A DNA stretch of 47,967 nt from Octopus bimaculoides (taxonomy: Eukaryota), in assembly GCF_001194135.2 (NCBI RefSeq), contig NC_069000.1, positions 18,309,466 to 18,357,432 on the forward strand. The letters are read 5' to 3'. Below the pieces are notes generated by a model. That model saw only the letters and a program-made list of their open reading frames with translations. It was not told where the DNA came from and made no database searches. This document shows, in pieces, positions 34,831 to 47,379 of this stretch (within the stretch, counting starts at the first letter, position 1; every line of letters begins with the position of its first letter). Made by a program: the position numbers and the translations under genes.

Positions 34831-35329
34831 GTCCTGGGCAAGATTTTTTTCGGAAAACTAGTAGTTACCTATGCATACATGTCTCCTCTCCTCACACCAC
34901 TGGTGTTTATCTAAGTTTACCAGAATTGTGTCCAGTAAAAGGCACCGAGACAAAGAGTGTGAGATAAATGATGCAGAGTAGAAAGCTGAGACCTTTCTCC
35001 AGTTTTGTTCGACTTCATTCACAACGGTGTCACGTAACAGAGACAACACCTTCCCAAACAAGAAGGAAAATGGTAATTCTACCATTACAAAGCAGAATAA
35101 TAACAAGCCCAATCTGCTACAGCCTTTCTCTGTCATAAATTTTGCCTTTCAGGAAAAACCAAATGTGTTTTTGGAGGGAGATAGTTATGAGACATTTTTC
35201 GGTAAAGACACAACGAACAGCGACAATATTCACACACACACACACAAGATACAAGCTGCTGACTTGGGCCGATATAGTTTAACATCAGTAACATTGCTTA
35301 TATCGCTGTCAGAAAACAAAAAAGCTGAA

Positions 35330-35872
35330 CAAATATCGCCCGATTGTCTAACAGTTCCGTCAATCTGCCGCTCTAGATTGGTATTTTTTTTAATTCCGAA
35401 AATAGGATTTGAACTCAAATCGCAGAGTTGGAACAAATATCGCGAAGTATTCAATCCAACGTTCTGACTATTCTGCCAATCCACCGCCTAAAACACTGTT
35501 ATATGATTCTATCATAGGTGTGGAATATTTTCAGGTTCTCACGAATCTTGTTGACTATATTTTGTGTTTATAAAATCCTGGTCGAAAATAAGAAATGAAT
35601 ATCTTTGTCTTGAGCGCTAGGACACAAGGTTAATACGATTTCCATAGCATATAAGTGATTGATACCACCCCCATCATCCCGATCCTCCGAATGAGACGCT
35701 GTTCCATTGCAGGGTCAACTTTCCAGCTTCTGCTGGAACTCATTTACGGGTGATTAGACTGGAACAACGTGAAATGAAGTGTTTTGCTTAAGAACACAAC
35801 GCACCGACCGGTCCGGGAATCAAACTCCGATCGCAAATGCAGCAACCTAACCACTACACCACGCGCCTTCAC
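35330..35872 (-). mobile_element. Main-family SINE head and tRNA/CORE-like SINE fragments
   Basis: GGATTTGAACTC; ACTGGAACAACGTGAAATGAAGTG...GGGAATCAAAC...CTAACCACTACACCAC. Confidence 0.65.
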
Positions 35873-36879
35873 GTGTTTCTTATACTTCAAACCTAAGTTT
35901 GTCAGTCATATATCCAACTCTTTAGTAGGTCTTCCCTGTGTCCCCCGCTTCCTTAAGTACCTTTTGTCTCGCTGGGGACAGCTTTCAATCTTTCAGCAAC
36001 AATAAAATAAGCGATATACCATCACCACCACCACCACCACCACCATTATCATCACTTTACATCAACAGCACTTTACACAACTACCAGCAATTATACACCA
36101 CCCACTACTATTACCTAACAACAACAACAGCAAAAATGATCGATAAAGTAAGTATATAGTCATGGTCGGGTTAAGCAATCGACGACAATAAATCTATTTT
36201 CTTATGTCATCACCACCACTACCACCCAAACAATACCAAACCAACAAAGTCCGTATATAGCAGTGGTGAACTGATCAATAGATTCAATAGTGATTCAACG
36301 GTAATATATTTAATCTGCCGATCAGCAGATTCATTAAATATTCACTTGTCATTTCCTCCTTATTTCAATAACAAATTGAAAAATCCTCCACCAGGAGATC
36401 GTTCATGGTCATCTGGTTTTTCTTCTTAAGTTTTTTTTAATAGTTTAATCAAGTTTTTGCAGGCCTACTAGATTAATGGGAAGGTACTCATGGGGTTTAT
36501 CCTCCGGTTGCAACAAAATGGACTCCTCTAATTGTATAAGTGTATTCATTCGTACACGTTTGCAACAAGCGCACGAAAGAAAGAAATATATGAACACGTT
36601 ATTTATTATTTAAAATAATCTGGTAATTATTTCTTTCTGAGCTAGGGATAATAATAACAGCAAGAATAACGAGAGAGCCTCTACCTGGTCGCCCAACCCA
36701 TTAGAAACAACAACCAAATCTCCAAATCATTCCATGCCCTCTTAAAAAGGAAGAATACATTCGTTGATGTAGTCATAGGTACACTATGCTGGAGTTAAAG
36801 ATGGAATGTATACGGCTATAACGACTTTGTTTTTAGATGTGTCCGAACATTACTGACTTGGGGATATTATCAATGATGG

Positions 36880-37000
36880 CTTGCGTATGTACCATAAGCA
36901 ATTTAATAAACATAATATGAAAGTTAAGTATAGCTGCAGACTGAAAGACATCATAACATCTACAACGTAAATACCCAAATAACTAGCGACTGACAAGTCC
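36880..37000 (+). mobile_element. Short PLE fragment
   Basis: HKQFNKHNMKVKYSCRLKDIITS, the same motif as HKIFN...KVSYSC at about 1190-1230. Confidence 0.55.
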
Positions 37001-37419
37001 ACAACCGAAGAGACATGATGATTATAAAAGGGACAGAACAGTAGAACATCTGACATATTGCTTCCGCTATCCTCAGTCAATCCTTTGCAAGCGTCACGGC
37101 GTGCAAGAAGCCATGATTCCATGCACCACCGTAGTTACTTCTTTAATATTATTGGATTCTTCTGCGTTGCTCTACAATTGAATATATGCCGAGATTACCA
37201 ATGGTAAATTATATATCTGAATATCTAACTTTTCAAATTATTGGATATCTAACATATTTCAAAGCTATATGGTTTTTATAAAAATGTTTTCAAATTTTGG
37301 GGTAGGTGTCGATCTCGAAAGGATGATGGGCAAAGTCGGCCTCGGCAGTATTTGAACTCAAAACATAAAGAGCAGGAAGAAATTCTCAGGACCAAAGTAC
37401 ATTGCAGTCCCGGAGTCAG

Positions 37420-37690
37420 AATCAGTGCGTGACTTTGGAATTCACATGAGCTGCGATGCATCACTCCGTTTACGTATTACTAAGATGGCAACAATGTGCA
37501 GGCGATCGATTGGCTGGATTCTAAAATCATTCTGATCTCGGAAAAAAGAAACCGTATTGCTTCTACCGAAAGCATTCGTGTTCAGTCAGTCGCCTGGATT
37601 ACCACTCGTAAATATGGTCGCCACAAAGCGTCAATTTTACAGCAGAACTCGAGGCACTCCAACGCCACAATACCAAGACGATTACCTCGG
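37420..37690 (+). mobile_element. CR1/L2-type LINE RT C-terminal fragment
   Basis: VRDFGIHMSCDASL..ITKMATMCRRSIGWILKSF...IWSPQSVNFTAELEALQR. Confidence 0.75.
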
Positions 37691-37759
37691 TGTAACAGAT
37701 GAGCTTCTGGGGAGAGAAGCCGCTGGGGAGAGAAGCCGCTGGGGAGAAAAAGATATGCT

Positions 37760-37761
<2 letters not shown>

Positions 37762-37831
<70 letters not shown>
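37762..37831. repeat. (AT)n microsatellite
   Basis: Direct reading. Confidence 0.95.
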
Positions 37832-37834
<3 letters not shown>

Positions 37835-38133
37835 TCACCTTGATTCCTCTTATAGCCACTCTTTACCCCGTAAAGACATTGGAGTCTAAGTTCTAATCAT
37901 TCGACCGCTACTAAGTGTCTTCTATACCGAGAATCTCTGGATCTCGTTTGTTCACTGTACAGGGTGTCCACAAAATGGGGATTAACACATACTTTAAGGA
38001 ATTATTATTTCTTATATATGTGTGTGTGTATATATAAAATCATATTAAGGGATCAAGGTGAAACGATCTGCCTCCTACATGCTTGAAATGCCAAGGCACT
38101 AAGAAACAACCGAATAACTCCAAAAAGGCACAG

Positions 38134-38400
38134 GTTGTAGTCGGGCGAGTGAAAAATAGTAAATAAATGACTTCAGGTTAATTGTGAATTGGATCCAATT
38201 TCTGGATTAAAGCCACAAAAAAGAGTTTTTCCTTCATCAACACGATACACGAGAATATACATGCATGTATGTATATTCTCGTGTATTGTGTTGACGAAGG
38301 AAAAAAAAGTCTTTTTTATGGCTTTAATTCAGAAATTGGACCCAATTCACAATTAACCTGAAGTCATTGTTTTAGTATTTTTCACTCGCCCGACTACAAC
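38134..38400. repeat. 267-bp near-perfect palindrome (about 130-bp arms)
   Basis: About 9 mismatches plus one 3-bp indel between arms; 6-nt loop. Confidence 0.9.
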
Positions 38401-38424
38401 TATATATGTGTGTGTGTGTGTGTG

Positions 38425-41400
38425 TGTGGCATGACTTGGATTCGATCCTCGATCGCCAAATTTCACTTAACAGTTCAACAACACTTTTCTCACGGTAAAC
38501 AATCTGTTTTTTTTTTTTTTTGTGAGTGATAACAGTTACATTTGCCAGATGCCTTCGCTAAGCAGAATTATGTCTTTGCCACTTGACCCCTGCTAACCTT
38601 TTGTATGCGGTGGGGAGTTAAATTGACAGAACAATAGACCCCCACAAAATACCCATTGTTTGGATAATGGTATCTCTCTCTTTCTCGCGATCTTGCGATA
38701 ATTATATGTGCAGAAGATTCCCGAGCAAAAATCAGAACCGAGTCTGGCTGACCGGCTAAAGGCACAACTGTGGTAATTCACCAACGAAGCGGTTGTTTCG
38801 TCTCACTACTCTCACTTTCACTAACTTACTTTCTTTTCTCTGTAACATTACCACTACAAATTGGCGACCCCGAGTTAAAGAATTGCAGCCTTCGCCTTCA
38901 CCTTCGCATGAACAGTTGTCACATCCGTCGATTACATTGGTGACCCGTCTAAAAACAATTGCTACTTTCTAATGTTATATGCCGTTGCATTTTGCTGATT
39001 TCGAACTGAAGAACTAGTCTTCATATCAACAGTCACTAAACTTTGTCACTACCAAAATGCACCCTCGTTCCACTTGTTGCAGTATGCGCAACAGAAAGCC
39101 CTACACTGCAATGCAACCCTGCCGACGCACAAAGAATTCTCTCACCATGGAAGCCAATAAATGCATCATTTCGACAGCTACATCCCCGGAAACTAACTGG
39201 AAGAAAATACGGAAACCCGTATACATGCAACTTTTTCGGCACACACACGCTTTTCGTCTCTTCCCAACGTACAGACCCTGCATTGTCTACGAACTTTAGC
39301 ACGTATCTAAGACTCTCATATAGACTCTCAGCAACTCTCTTTCTTTGCATGCACATTTCTTTTCACTTTCAGCAATAGACTTTTAAGAGAGGACACTATT
39401 TTCAGCTAAGTTGGTCATTTTTGCTTATTTTATTCTGCTCTGTTTGCACTGCACACTTTCATTTATTTACGATTTGCACACATTCCGCGATGCACACATA
39501 TTCCGCGATGCACATATACTGCGACGCACATATTCTGCGATGCACAAATTCTGTGACGACTTGTTTCACTAAAACAACTAAATTCATGTGCATATCTCTT
39601 TGAATGTTCTATATTATTATTCATATTTTGCACTTCCACTTTCTTTCAGTCACATTGTCACACGTTGCATTTTGCATGTATTTTTTTTTCGTTAATTTTG
39701 GAAATGTTTGCATTGTTCATACACACATACATGTTGACACTGTCACATTCATGCACCATACCTTGCCTTTTTCGCTTGTTTTTCATGCTTCCCGCGCCCT
39801 TGTAGACACAACTCGCCTCTGTAAGACCCTAGGTCGGTCACGTATACATAAAGCAAGTTGTTTGTCCCTTACAACGCGCCAGCATGCCACACTTTTGCTC
39901 CTGCACGCTCAAGGCATTTAATACCTCATGCATCAGATGGCATATCCAGCACTGCCTTAATCACTGGCATATTCAACACTTGTACAATGTATTTGTAATC
40001 GATGCACTAGCATTACTGCCTCGGCCTTGCGCACACACACACCTCTATTATACCTCTACTGCCTTGCTTTTCAACACGTCTGTGCCAGCTCAACTCTTTT
40101 CCCGACTCGATGCACGTCGGATGTTCACATGCTCTGCACTCACGTTAGACATAATTTCCCTCTGTTAGACCCTTGTTTGGTCACGTAATAAGTGGAGAAA
40201 ATTGCCTGTCCCGCGCATCACTCCAGCATGCTACACTGTCGTCCTTGCTAACCTCAGCAATTACCTACGACAACAGCGCGAGACACATTTAACTTCTGAA
40301 AAAGCTTCAAGGCATTTCACACACTGCAACCCTGCAGAAAGATCTACCATATTGAGAATACACTCACTCGCTCACCTGAGCTCATTTTACAGTAAATTTT
40401 GAAACGTGCACTTGCACTCGTGTATACGTCCTCACGCCCTAACTCATTTTCTGTGCTGTCCAGTCACTGACTGCACATTTTGGCAAGCAAAGCGACACTG
40501 ATATTCGGACTTATCCGAATAGAAAATTGTCCTGATATGCAAAAGTTTTCCTCAGCCATGCATATCTTTCTCTTCCTCGATCGTTCGTTTCCCTTTCTCG
40601 GAACCTTTCTGGGGGAGGAGTGATGTAATGACTTCATGCAGACATGGCGTGGATTCGATCCTCGATCGCCAAATTTCACTTAACAGTACAATAACACTTT
40701 TCTCACGGTAAAACAATAGTTTTTCTGTGAGTGACAGCAGTTACATTTACCAGATGCCTTCACTAAACATAATTATGTTATAGGAAAGTTGGTTATACAT
40801 CATTAGATGTATACCTGACTTTCCTATATAAAATTACGAATATAACGGAACGCTGAACTCCAGACTATCAACTTAAACAACATTTATTCAGGTGGTAAAT
40901 ATATACATTTTTAGCTCTTGTTGACAGTTGTTACAGCTTCTGTGTGTGTGAGCATAGTTGTTGGGACGTTGTTATGTAGATGTAAGCGAGCTGTCGAGTG
41001 TAAGTCCGAAAGATGGAGAGTGACAGCTAAACACGTAAAGAGACTGTCTCCAGAGTTGGTATGTTGGTGACACTGCTTGACACGTCCATGCTCATGGCCG
41101 GCCGACCGAGAAAGAGATAGAATTAAGCGGGAAAGCTTGCTTGTTTAATTCCACGCATGCGTGAGACTACACATGCGCACGGCGTTACTACAATGTCTTT
41201 GCCACTTGACCCTTCTAACCTCTTCTCGGCCACCAAAAGCAAGAATAGAGATAACAGACCGCCAACGAAATCTATTGTTCTCAACAATATGTCTATCCTT
41301 CTGGCTGGTTTGGGATAGCAATAAAAACAAGAACTCCGTAAGCCAAAGTCAGTTAGAGAGATGAACAGTTAGTGTGAACGGACAACTAGAGTCATGGCCA

Positions 41401-41826
41401 CAAGCAGACAGCCACTTGAGATCAAACGGCCAGAGGGAAAAAGAAAGTTACAATCAGCGACTATGCGAGACAACTTCCCTCGACTCTCTCACTCTCACTT
41501 TCTTTTCTCTAGAACTTTATTCCATCTCTACCTGTAGTTTACTACTACACGATGACAAGAACACAAACTACACAAGGAAAATTTACATCGATCTTTATTT
41601 CGCATGCTTTACGAATTTATCACCTGCCCGTCGAGGCAAGGCATTATATAAAGTAACGATAAATAAATATTTCTTTAAAACTTCGATCGCTGTTCTTCTT
41701 CCATCTTGCATACTGGCAACCAACACCTTAACAACAACCTTTACAATTGGTGACCCTCGTCTGTAACGAAGAACCAACCGTTACAATTGGTGACCCCTCG
41801 ACTGCGACGAAGAACTAACCGTTACA
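38425..41826 (+). mobile_element. Heavily decayed Gypsy-type LTR retrotransposon
   Basis: Direct repeat 38437-38598 vs 40650-40775 plus 41193-41220; PBS-like TGGCGACCC at about 38861; PPT GGGGGAGGAG (40611-40620) before TGTAAT at 40624; integrase C-terminal remnant CTRVYV. Confidence 0.6.
40776..41192 (-). mobile_element. 417-bp solo LTR nested in the downstream LTR
   Basis: TG...CA termini, AATAAA on minus; absent from the upstream LTR copy (GAATTATGTCTTTGCC); TSD ambiguous. Confidence 0.65.
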
Positions 41827-42404
41827 TATATATATAAATATTTGTATTATATATATATATATATATATATATAATTGTTAATTTTATATATATATATACC
41901 TTATCAAAAAGCCTCAGAAATCTGCAAGATGTACATGTAGATATGTTCAAAGACCAATTACTCAAGTTTTTAATATGATTAATCAGATAAACCCACGACA
42001 CGGCAAGACGTAAATTATGTAGCTCTGTCCGACTCACTACTTCACCAAACCTGATTATGGAGACAGGACCAGGAAGTGAACGCGAACATTAGCACTAATG
42101 GTAGTGCTTCAACATGGCCACACCCTCTAGCGGAAACCGATAATAGCACATATGTATGTTTGTATGTATCCGCGCGCGATTAAACAAGCTATCTTCATAT
42201 TACTGATTAGTATGGTTGAACGATTGAATCCTCAAGTTACATTTGTTGACTGCCGACAGACAGGATCTACTTACCTGCCTACTAAGTTAAATCATTGTCT
42301 CGGAGGCCTAATATGTTCAATGTGAAATTTTATAGTTGCATTGAATATAATTTTCTTTCTCTTTAATCGTCTTTCAACTTTGTGTCGTGTTTTCCATATT
42401 ATTA

Positions 42405-42800
42405 TTAAGGCGACGAGTTGGCAGAATCGTTAGCACGCCGGACGAAATGCTTAGCGGCATTACATCCGAAGTCGACTTTGCTTTCGTCCTTTCGAGGTCG
42501 GTAAAATAAGTACCAGTTGAATACTGGGGTCGAGGTAATCGACTTAGCTCCTCCCCGGAATTGCTGTCCTTGTGCCAAAATTTGAAACCATTATTGCTAT
42601 TATTAAGGCAGCGATCTGGTAGAATCGTTAGCACGCCGGGCGAAATGCTTAGTGGTATTTCGTCTGTCGCTACGTTCTGAGTTCAAATTCCGCCGAGGTC
42701 GACTTCGCCTTTCACCCTATCGAAGTCGATAAAATAAGTACCAGTCAAGTACTGGGTCGATGTAATCGACTTAACCCTGCCCTCAAATTTCAGGCCTATA
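42405..42800 (+). mobile_element. Two main-family SINEs with CpGs intact
   Basis: AAGGCGACGAGTTGGCAGAATCGTTAGCACGCCGGACGAAATG and a second copy from about 42605. Confidence 0.9.
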
Positions 42801-42982
42801 TTAACCAAAATGAAGTAGATTGACAAATTTATTTTTTGAACCAGTTGAAGACACACGTGATGTCGAAATATTGTTCACTAGATAACAAATGGCACTCTTC
42901 TTTTAATTTTGACTCTATATCTTCAGGATATTTGTCAATCTACTTCATTTTGGTTAATATAGAAAGGATTGAGGTAACTCCT

Positions 42983-42992
42983 NNNNNNNNNN
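42983..42992. other. Assembly gap (10 N) flanked by a 277-bp duplicated overlap
   Basis: 42706-42982 equals 42993-43269 except one C/T. Confidence 0.95.
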
Positions 42993-43285
42993 CGCCTTTC
43001 ACCCTATCGAAGTCGATAAAATAAGTACCAGTCAAGTACTGGGTCGATGTAATCGACTTAACCCTGCCCTCAAATTTCAGGCCTATATTAACCAAAATGA
43101 AGTAGATTGACAAATTTATTTTTTGAACCAGTTGAAGACACATGTGATGTCGAAATATTGTTCACTAGATAACAAATGGCACTCTTCTTTTAATTTTGAC
43201 TCTATATCTTCAGGATATTTGTCAATCTACTTCATTTTGGTTAATATAGAAAGGATTGAGGTAACTCCTGAAGATATAGAGTCAA

Positions 43286-44392
43286 GGATACCGCGCTGCT
43301 TCAAATGTGGTCAGAAATGCCCTCCATAAAAGAGAGGAAGAAATGCAACCTCCACCAGACAAAAGAGTGGAGGAAGTACAAGAAGAAAGCAGTAAGGAGA
43401 AAACGCAGGAGAGGTCTCGGGAACACAGGAGGAGGAGGAACTGGTTTCAGAAAAAGAGGAAGAATGGGAAAAGAGAAGGAAGAGAAAAAAGGCAAGTCCA
43501 ATACACTCAGAACTTCACACAGAAACTACCCAAGACCCGCCCGTACCCTCTATGTCCCATCCTCGCCCTGCAGACACCAAGCCTTCCCATTCCCCTCCAT
43601 CACAAAGACAAAAGAAGAGAGTGCAGACAGACAATGTTTCAAAAAATTCCCCCTCCAAAAAATGTTTTGCGTGTATAAATAATGACGAAGAACTGTTTGA
43701 AGAGGCTTTCGAATGGGAAAATACGGTGCATGTTACTACAGTAGATATGAAGTATGTGGTGCTACTATTATCGGCACAGCAAAGGACGTACATAGAGAGA
43801 CATAATGTAGACCAGGGGTTTTCAAACTGTGGTCAGCGGACCACAGGGGGTCTGTGGACAGCAAATACTTTTTATGGGCAATTTGATTTTATATATGTTT
43901 TTTAATCGAAATCTTTTAATTGACAATAAACCTATTTGTTAAATACTGTTAAATAAATAAATGCAAAAATATGTTATTTTAAGCAAATATTTATGTATAA
44001 ATTTCATAAGCGTTTATAAGGGGGTCCCTAAGGTAAAGCCTGAAATATAAAGGGGTCCGCTAGTCAAAAAGTTTGAAAACCCCTGGTGTAGACTATGAAA
44101 TGTGGGAAGTTAACCTCGATAGGGAGAAGCTACCACATTTTATTTGGGCTGACGAACTGACAAAGAGATTTGGGTTGGACATAATGGAGTATAGCGGAAA
44201 GGAAGCAAGTGGTGTTGCCTGATGGGGCGGGTAACACCATTTCCATCTTTACATTTATTCATCTTTCATTATATCATACGTTTCATTTATTTTGTATTTT
44301 ATTTTAATTGTACGTTTTATGTGTCCCCAATGTAATTGTTTGTCCCCTCTTTGTTGGCCCCTTGAGGATAATAAAAAATAGAAAAAAAAATA
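43286..44392 (+). mobile_element. 5'-truncated poly(A) retroposon with a single gag/ORF1-like frame
   Basis: 16-bp TSD GAAGATATAGAGTCAA (43270-43285, 44393-44408); A-rich tail; RCFKCGQK knuckle remnant; no RT or endonuclease between ORF end and tail. Confidence 0.8.
43813..44085. mobile_element. 273-bp hAT (Charlie-like) MITE
   Basis: Perfect 16-bp TIR CAGGGGTTTTCAAACT; 8-bp TSD ATGTAGAC/GTGTAGAC with central TA. Confidence 0.93.
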
Positions 44393-47379
44393 GAAGATAT
44401 AGAGTCAAAATTAAAAGAAGAGTGCCATTGTTATCTAGAAGAAATACCGCAATGCATATATGAGGCGTTTAGTAACAGACTGTCGTAGGTGACACAACTT
44501 AAAAACCGAGAAAAACGCAGTCAAAATTTCGCGACTTTCAGAATGCGATATCTCGGCAAGGAATGAAGTTTGGAAGCTGGTTTTGGTCTTAAAATGATCG
44601 TGAAGACTTCCTCTAATCATTCCACCTATGTAAAATTATTTATTTATGTATACATCTGAAAGATGAAACAATGACTACGTCTTTCTCATTTTGTAGAATA
44701 TACCGGCACTACCAAACGGTGTATGGCATTGCTTATTTTAGCCATAATACCTAGAAAAAACATTCAAAGACTCCTACCCACCACCACCAAATGTATTGTT
44801 TGTGTTTTGATATACGAAGGTAAGTAACTTTAAGAGGTAAGTAAGACAAGATATTAAAATAATAGCCCATTATCGTTACGACGGTAACGAGGAATATTAG
44901 AGAATGAGCCATAACAGCTCGTAAAACCATATAGGGGCCATACCAAAGTTATTGATTGAAGGTGTGTGCTTTCGATGGCGTGTTACTAAACTCTCCGGTC
45001 CGAGTTTGAGTGAGCGAGCATCCTGTCAATAGCGTCGAGGTACATTTTTTTTTTCAGCCGGATTTTCGACCTTATTGCAAACCTCACCGGTTCTTTCTCC
45101 CAACTTCTTCGGATTCTAGACGTCGAGACAAAGAAAATGATATACTAACCTCGAAAATGGCCGGGTTAGCGCTTAAGACACCATGTTACTAAACCCCTCA
45201 TATATTCTAACACTCTCGTGACTTTGACTATCCACCGTGTATGGTTAATAGGACAGTGATGGTTTGGGAACCATTTTTTCAGTACCAGGGTCCAATTACA
45301 AATGTATAAGAAGCTGTGGTGGTATCACGACTGTACTGAAAAAAAACATGACGAATTTTTAATTTTACAAATTCATTGATATGTCAAGAGATATAGATAT
45401 GTACGTTAGCCAGCTCCCGGTTTCAAGCGTATAACACTACAAACTTCAAAAGTTAGTTCGTTATAAGCAATCGAAGTAGTATTAGTTTAAAATAGTCTTC
45501 TATGTATCTTAATGTGGAAATCTTGCGGTATTCGTCTCGAGGAAGCATTTCGTATGGACGTATAATATTAAAAGAACACAGTAGCAGATAAAAAGCGTTT
45601 GTCAACAGCAGTGGAATTGCTAAATCCATATTTCTGCTTCTTTGAGCGTTATCAGTTGCAAATATTTACTAGCAATCGCATGTTTCCGCTGCCCTAACCA
45701 CTGGGCCATTGTGCCTCCACTCATAGAGGTATACATTCGTATATATTCTTTTAGCGTGAAGCTGGTGAGTTATATGGTTTTCTCGAATGTTCTACAATTT
45801 GACTTCTCGTCCCCTGTAAAATCCGTTTTGGACGCTAAACACGTTGCAGAGAGTTGAAGGCGGGCGACTGACTCATCCACCTCCACTCTTGCCAGGCGAG
45901 CGGCCAACGGACCGCTGACACCACAGATCGCATCGGAGATTTACGCAGATGACTTCGTGTACTTTTGGATTGAGCGCATGATGTTGTACAGATAGCTTTC
46001 TATATTTTCAGAACAGTTTTCCTAACCTCTCATTCGGCAGTTATTAATATCGTTTGTTTCAATTAGCCAACACCAAATATCATTATATCTGGCAATAAAT
46101 ATCAAGTTAAATGTTCGCGAGTTTACTTCAGTTATTCTACATGCAACTGTCTCCCAACAAGAAAGGTCCAACAATGATACATTCTTCGAGCGATCACGCT
46201 TTTTGTCTGCTACTGATATAATTCTGTTTTTATAACACTATACATCTATATTAGATGTTTTCTCGAAACGAATACTTCAGTTTTATGACTTTCTACATTA
46301 TATATGTAGAATATATATCCACATTATGAAACGATATACAGAATGTTACTAAAGTTAGGTTTTGGATGTTAAGGGCTTTAAAAAAATTAATTTTTTCATA
46401 TGGATTTTAAAAGAAATTGATGGGCTCTAGTGTTGGCTGTGTTTAATGACTTGATAGCGGTGTTAGTACACACATTTTGTTTTTTTTTACATTGATTGGT
46501 GTTGTTTCTATAGATTCATTGATCCAAGATGATGATAGCAATGTTGCTGTTATTGATGATACTGTTGATGTAGATTTAGTTGTTCTTGATGTTGTTTAGC
46601 TGCAAATCGACTCTGATCAAATAGACCAATGCCGACCATCACGTCTTTTTCTTTTGATGTGCGTAGTGGTGGTGGAGGTAGTGTCTAGGAAATATCTTAT
46701 TTAATCTGTCTTTCTCGCATTTTAAACGACATGGTGTGATCTGAAGGTGCATTTGATATTGTCTTTTTTTTTTTTTTTTTTTTGTAGTAGGTCCGAATGA
46801 CCGCGTAAGGTCCTCGCTCATTCACTCGTTCCTGCTGTTATTGTCGCTACAGCATTATCACAGTCCTGGTACCCCATTTATCCTTATATCAATGGGTACG
46901 CTATTTTACCGACGCTGAAAGGACGGAAGGGCAAGTTGATCCCGATTGGATTTAAGCTCAAAGCGTATAGGGACGTAACTAAATGGTCCAAGACACTCCA
47001 CCGATATTATCATATACTACCCTTTGTGGATCTTTTTGGTTTGACGGGCAACATTTGTTTTCTTAACGAAACACTTTCAAACTTGGGATACTGGTAGAAT
47101 GTGTCATGTAAAACATCTTTTTCTCTTAGCCTTCTTAACAAAAATTAGTTCGATTGGTTGAAATTACCGAAATACGACAACTTTTTACATGAAATAACTT
47201 CGAATACAAAAATTTGTATCTGTTCTATAACACGAAATATACAAGTATACGAAGTTTGAAAGTGTTTCGGTACCAAAAACACTACATAAAACATAATTGA
47301 AAAATGTTGCCCGTCAAACCAAAAGGATCCCCCTTTGTAATTATTAAATATTGGTGGTCTTGATGGTATTTGATATTGA

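Noticed and set aside
35027-35467. 146-aa plus-strand ORF
   Set aside because: Runs through an (AC)n tract and an antisense SINE; only the 49-nt internal segment has exon-like boundaries
38226-38300. TTGATGAAGG / TTGACGAAGG in the palindrome arms as a hammerhead core
   Set aside because: No stem II and no GAAAC; not a ribozyme fold
42706-43269. 277-bp tandem duplication
   Set aside because: Copies abut a 10-N gap and differ by one base, typical of unmerged contig overlap or two alleles
45755-45990. 10-nt micro-exon-like TTAG|CGTGAAGCTG|GTGAGT and a CpG-rich patch at 45850-45990
   Set aside because: No frame-compatible neighbouring exons or identifiable motif; such signals arise by chance
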